Assembly: GCA_964016885.1 (NCBI GenBank)
Contig: OZ024748.1
Span: forward strand, 31,682,001-31,746,000
DNA: 64,000 bases
Origin: Eledone cirrhosa
Taxonomy: Eukaryota
Direction of reading: 5' to 3'
A program made the position numbers and the translations under genes. Position 1 is the stretch's first letter, and every line of letters begins with the position of its first letter. The notes beneath the pieces were generated by a model that was given only the letters and a program-made list of their open reading frames with translations, ran no database searches and was not told the origin of the DNA. Below, piece by piece: positions 62,461 through 64,000 of the stretch.

Positions 62461-63049
62461 CACGCTTACAAATACAAATAATAATAGTAGGGGGGGGAAG
62501 GGGGGGGGGATTATAGTAAATATAGGTTTCAAGAAACATAGAATATTAATCTGCATTTAGATCATAATATGTGTTTACATAGTTTCAGTATTAGGAAATG
62601 TAAGAAAGAAGGCAAAATTATGCATTTCAATATAAGTATACCATTAATTATAGGTTAACTAAACAAAAGATAGTTAATATATTGATTTCTAAGGTGTATA
62701 CTACTTAGGTTTATAATATTTGAAACGGAATTTTGAAGTTAAATAGTAGTAGAGTATTAATTATAGTATAACTAAATTAAAATTATTAACGTTATGGTAT
62801 CAATATTAGGAAATGAATTTAGTAATAGGGAAAAACAAATAAAGTATTACATCGGTAGTAGAATATAAATTATAGGTTAACTAAATTAAAAATTATATAT
62901 TAATTTCTATAGTATATGTTAATTAGGTTTATAATAATTAAAATAGATATTGTATTTTATCTATAGTAGAATATAATTATAGGTAAACAGAAATTACAAT
63001 TAAAATTAAAATTAATACATACACATATACATATACATATACATATATA

Positions 63050-63083
<34 letters not shown>

Positions 63084-63550
63084 CATATTTTTTCAAAAAT
63101 TGCAAAGAATATATTAACTAGGTATACATCCAAAACCTATCTCAGTCTATGATTACATGACACTCTGCAATCCATCTGTATTAGGATATTAATTTTAAGC
63201 CAATTAAATTAAATTTTTAGGTTGACCAAATTTAAAACCAAAATATAAATATATTTCTAAAAATGTACATTAATTAGGTCTATAATACTAAAAATTATTT
63301 CTCTGTCATTGAATACACGATATTTTGCTATATTTTATCTGTAAAGGAATTTAAATAAAAGGTTAAATAAATTAAAATTAATCTATAAATTAATTTACGA
63401 AGTATATATTAGTAATATTTAAAAGTTTTTCACAATTTATGATTACGCAATATTTTATAATCTCATCTGTAGTAGAATTTTAATTAAATTAAATTTATAG
63501 GTTAACTAACATTTAAATTAAATTATATATTAATTTCTAAAATAATGTTA

Positions 63551-64000
63551 TTAATTAGGTTTATAATATTTAAATGTTTTTCTTAGTTTATGATTACACG
63601 ATATAATTAATTCCTGTCGTTTATTTAATAGGATATCCTTAGATTTCATTATTTCAAATAGTTCTTGGGAACATAATCTACATTCATTTCTATTATTTTG
63701 ATAAGGGGTGGCTCTTTTGAGCACACTCCAGGTTAAATCATATTCTATATTCTTATTTTTATAACTATTGATTTTTTCTGCTAGAGATGTTGTATTAGCC
63801 AGTGCGGCATTTTTAAAACTATGTTTGTGGGTATTAAACCTTGCCTTAAAATTGTTACAAGTAGCTCCTATATATGAGCAAATAGAATCTTTAGTTTTAA
63901 CATTACATTTATAAACTATGTTGTTAACAAGACAATTTCCTTTTAATGGGCAGTTTGCTTTGTTTCTACAGTTACAACCTTTCGTTAATTCTGTATTTGA
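63551..64000 (-). CDS. PLE GIY-YIG endonuclease C-terminal 149 aa, open to the window edge (not in ORF track)
   Basis: Hand translation: GCNCRNKANCPLKGNCLVNNIVYKCNV..SYIGATCNNFKARFNTHKHSF..CRLCSQE..LLNKRQELIISCNHK..KPN*. Confidence 0.9.
   Translation of the reverse strand, partial: SNTELTKGCNCRNKANCPLKGNCLVNNIVYKCNVKTKDSICSYIGATCNNFKARFNTHKHSFKNAALANTTSLAEKINSYKNKNIEYDLTWSVLKRATPYQNNRNECRLCSQELFEIMKSKDILLNKRQELIISCNHKLRKTFKYYKPN

Overview
A gene-free, extremely AT-rich eukaryotic repeat region. The host is most likely an octopus, judging by tRNA-derived SINEs that resemble cephalopod OR/OK-type SINEs as I recall them; I did not search a database. Roughly half of the window is degenerate (TA)n microsatellite, which generates all the YIYI pseudo-ORFs. 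The arrays are densely populated by retroelements: (1) several families of Penelope-like elements (PLEs; RT plus GIY-YIG, mostly Naiad-like), usually 5'-truncated with an inverted pseudo-LTR; (2) non-coding ~460-540 bp tandem units that look like retrozymes; (3) CR1-like and RTE-like LINE fragments; (4) SINEs. By hand folding, at least nine unrelated families carry a type I hammerhead ribozyme (HHR), and several show compensatory changes between copies. Three families use the non-canonical U3-A8 core, several have very large stem II insertions, and one has a duplicated 3' half that gives two possible cleavage sites. The most novel-looking item is a ~101-nt covarying double-pseudoknot motif containing CUGAUGA. 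It is present twice (40634-40734 and 45033-45134) in the position where sister elements carry their hammerhead. All structures were derived by eye and need computational and biochemical checking.
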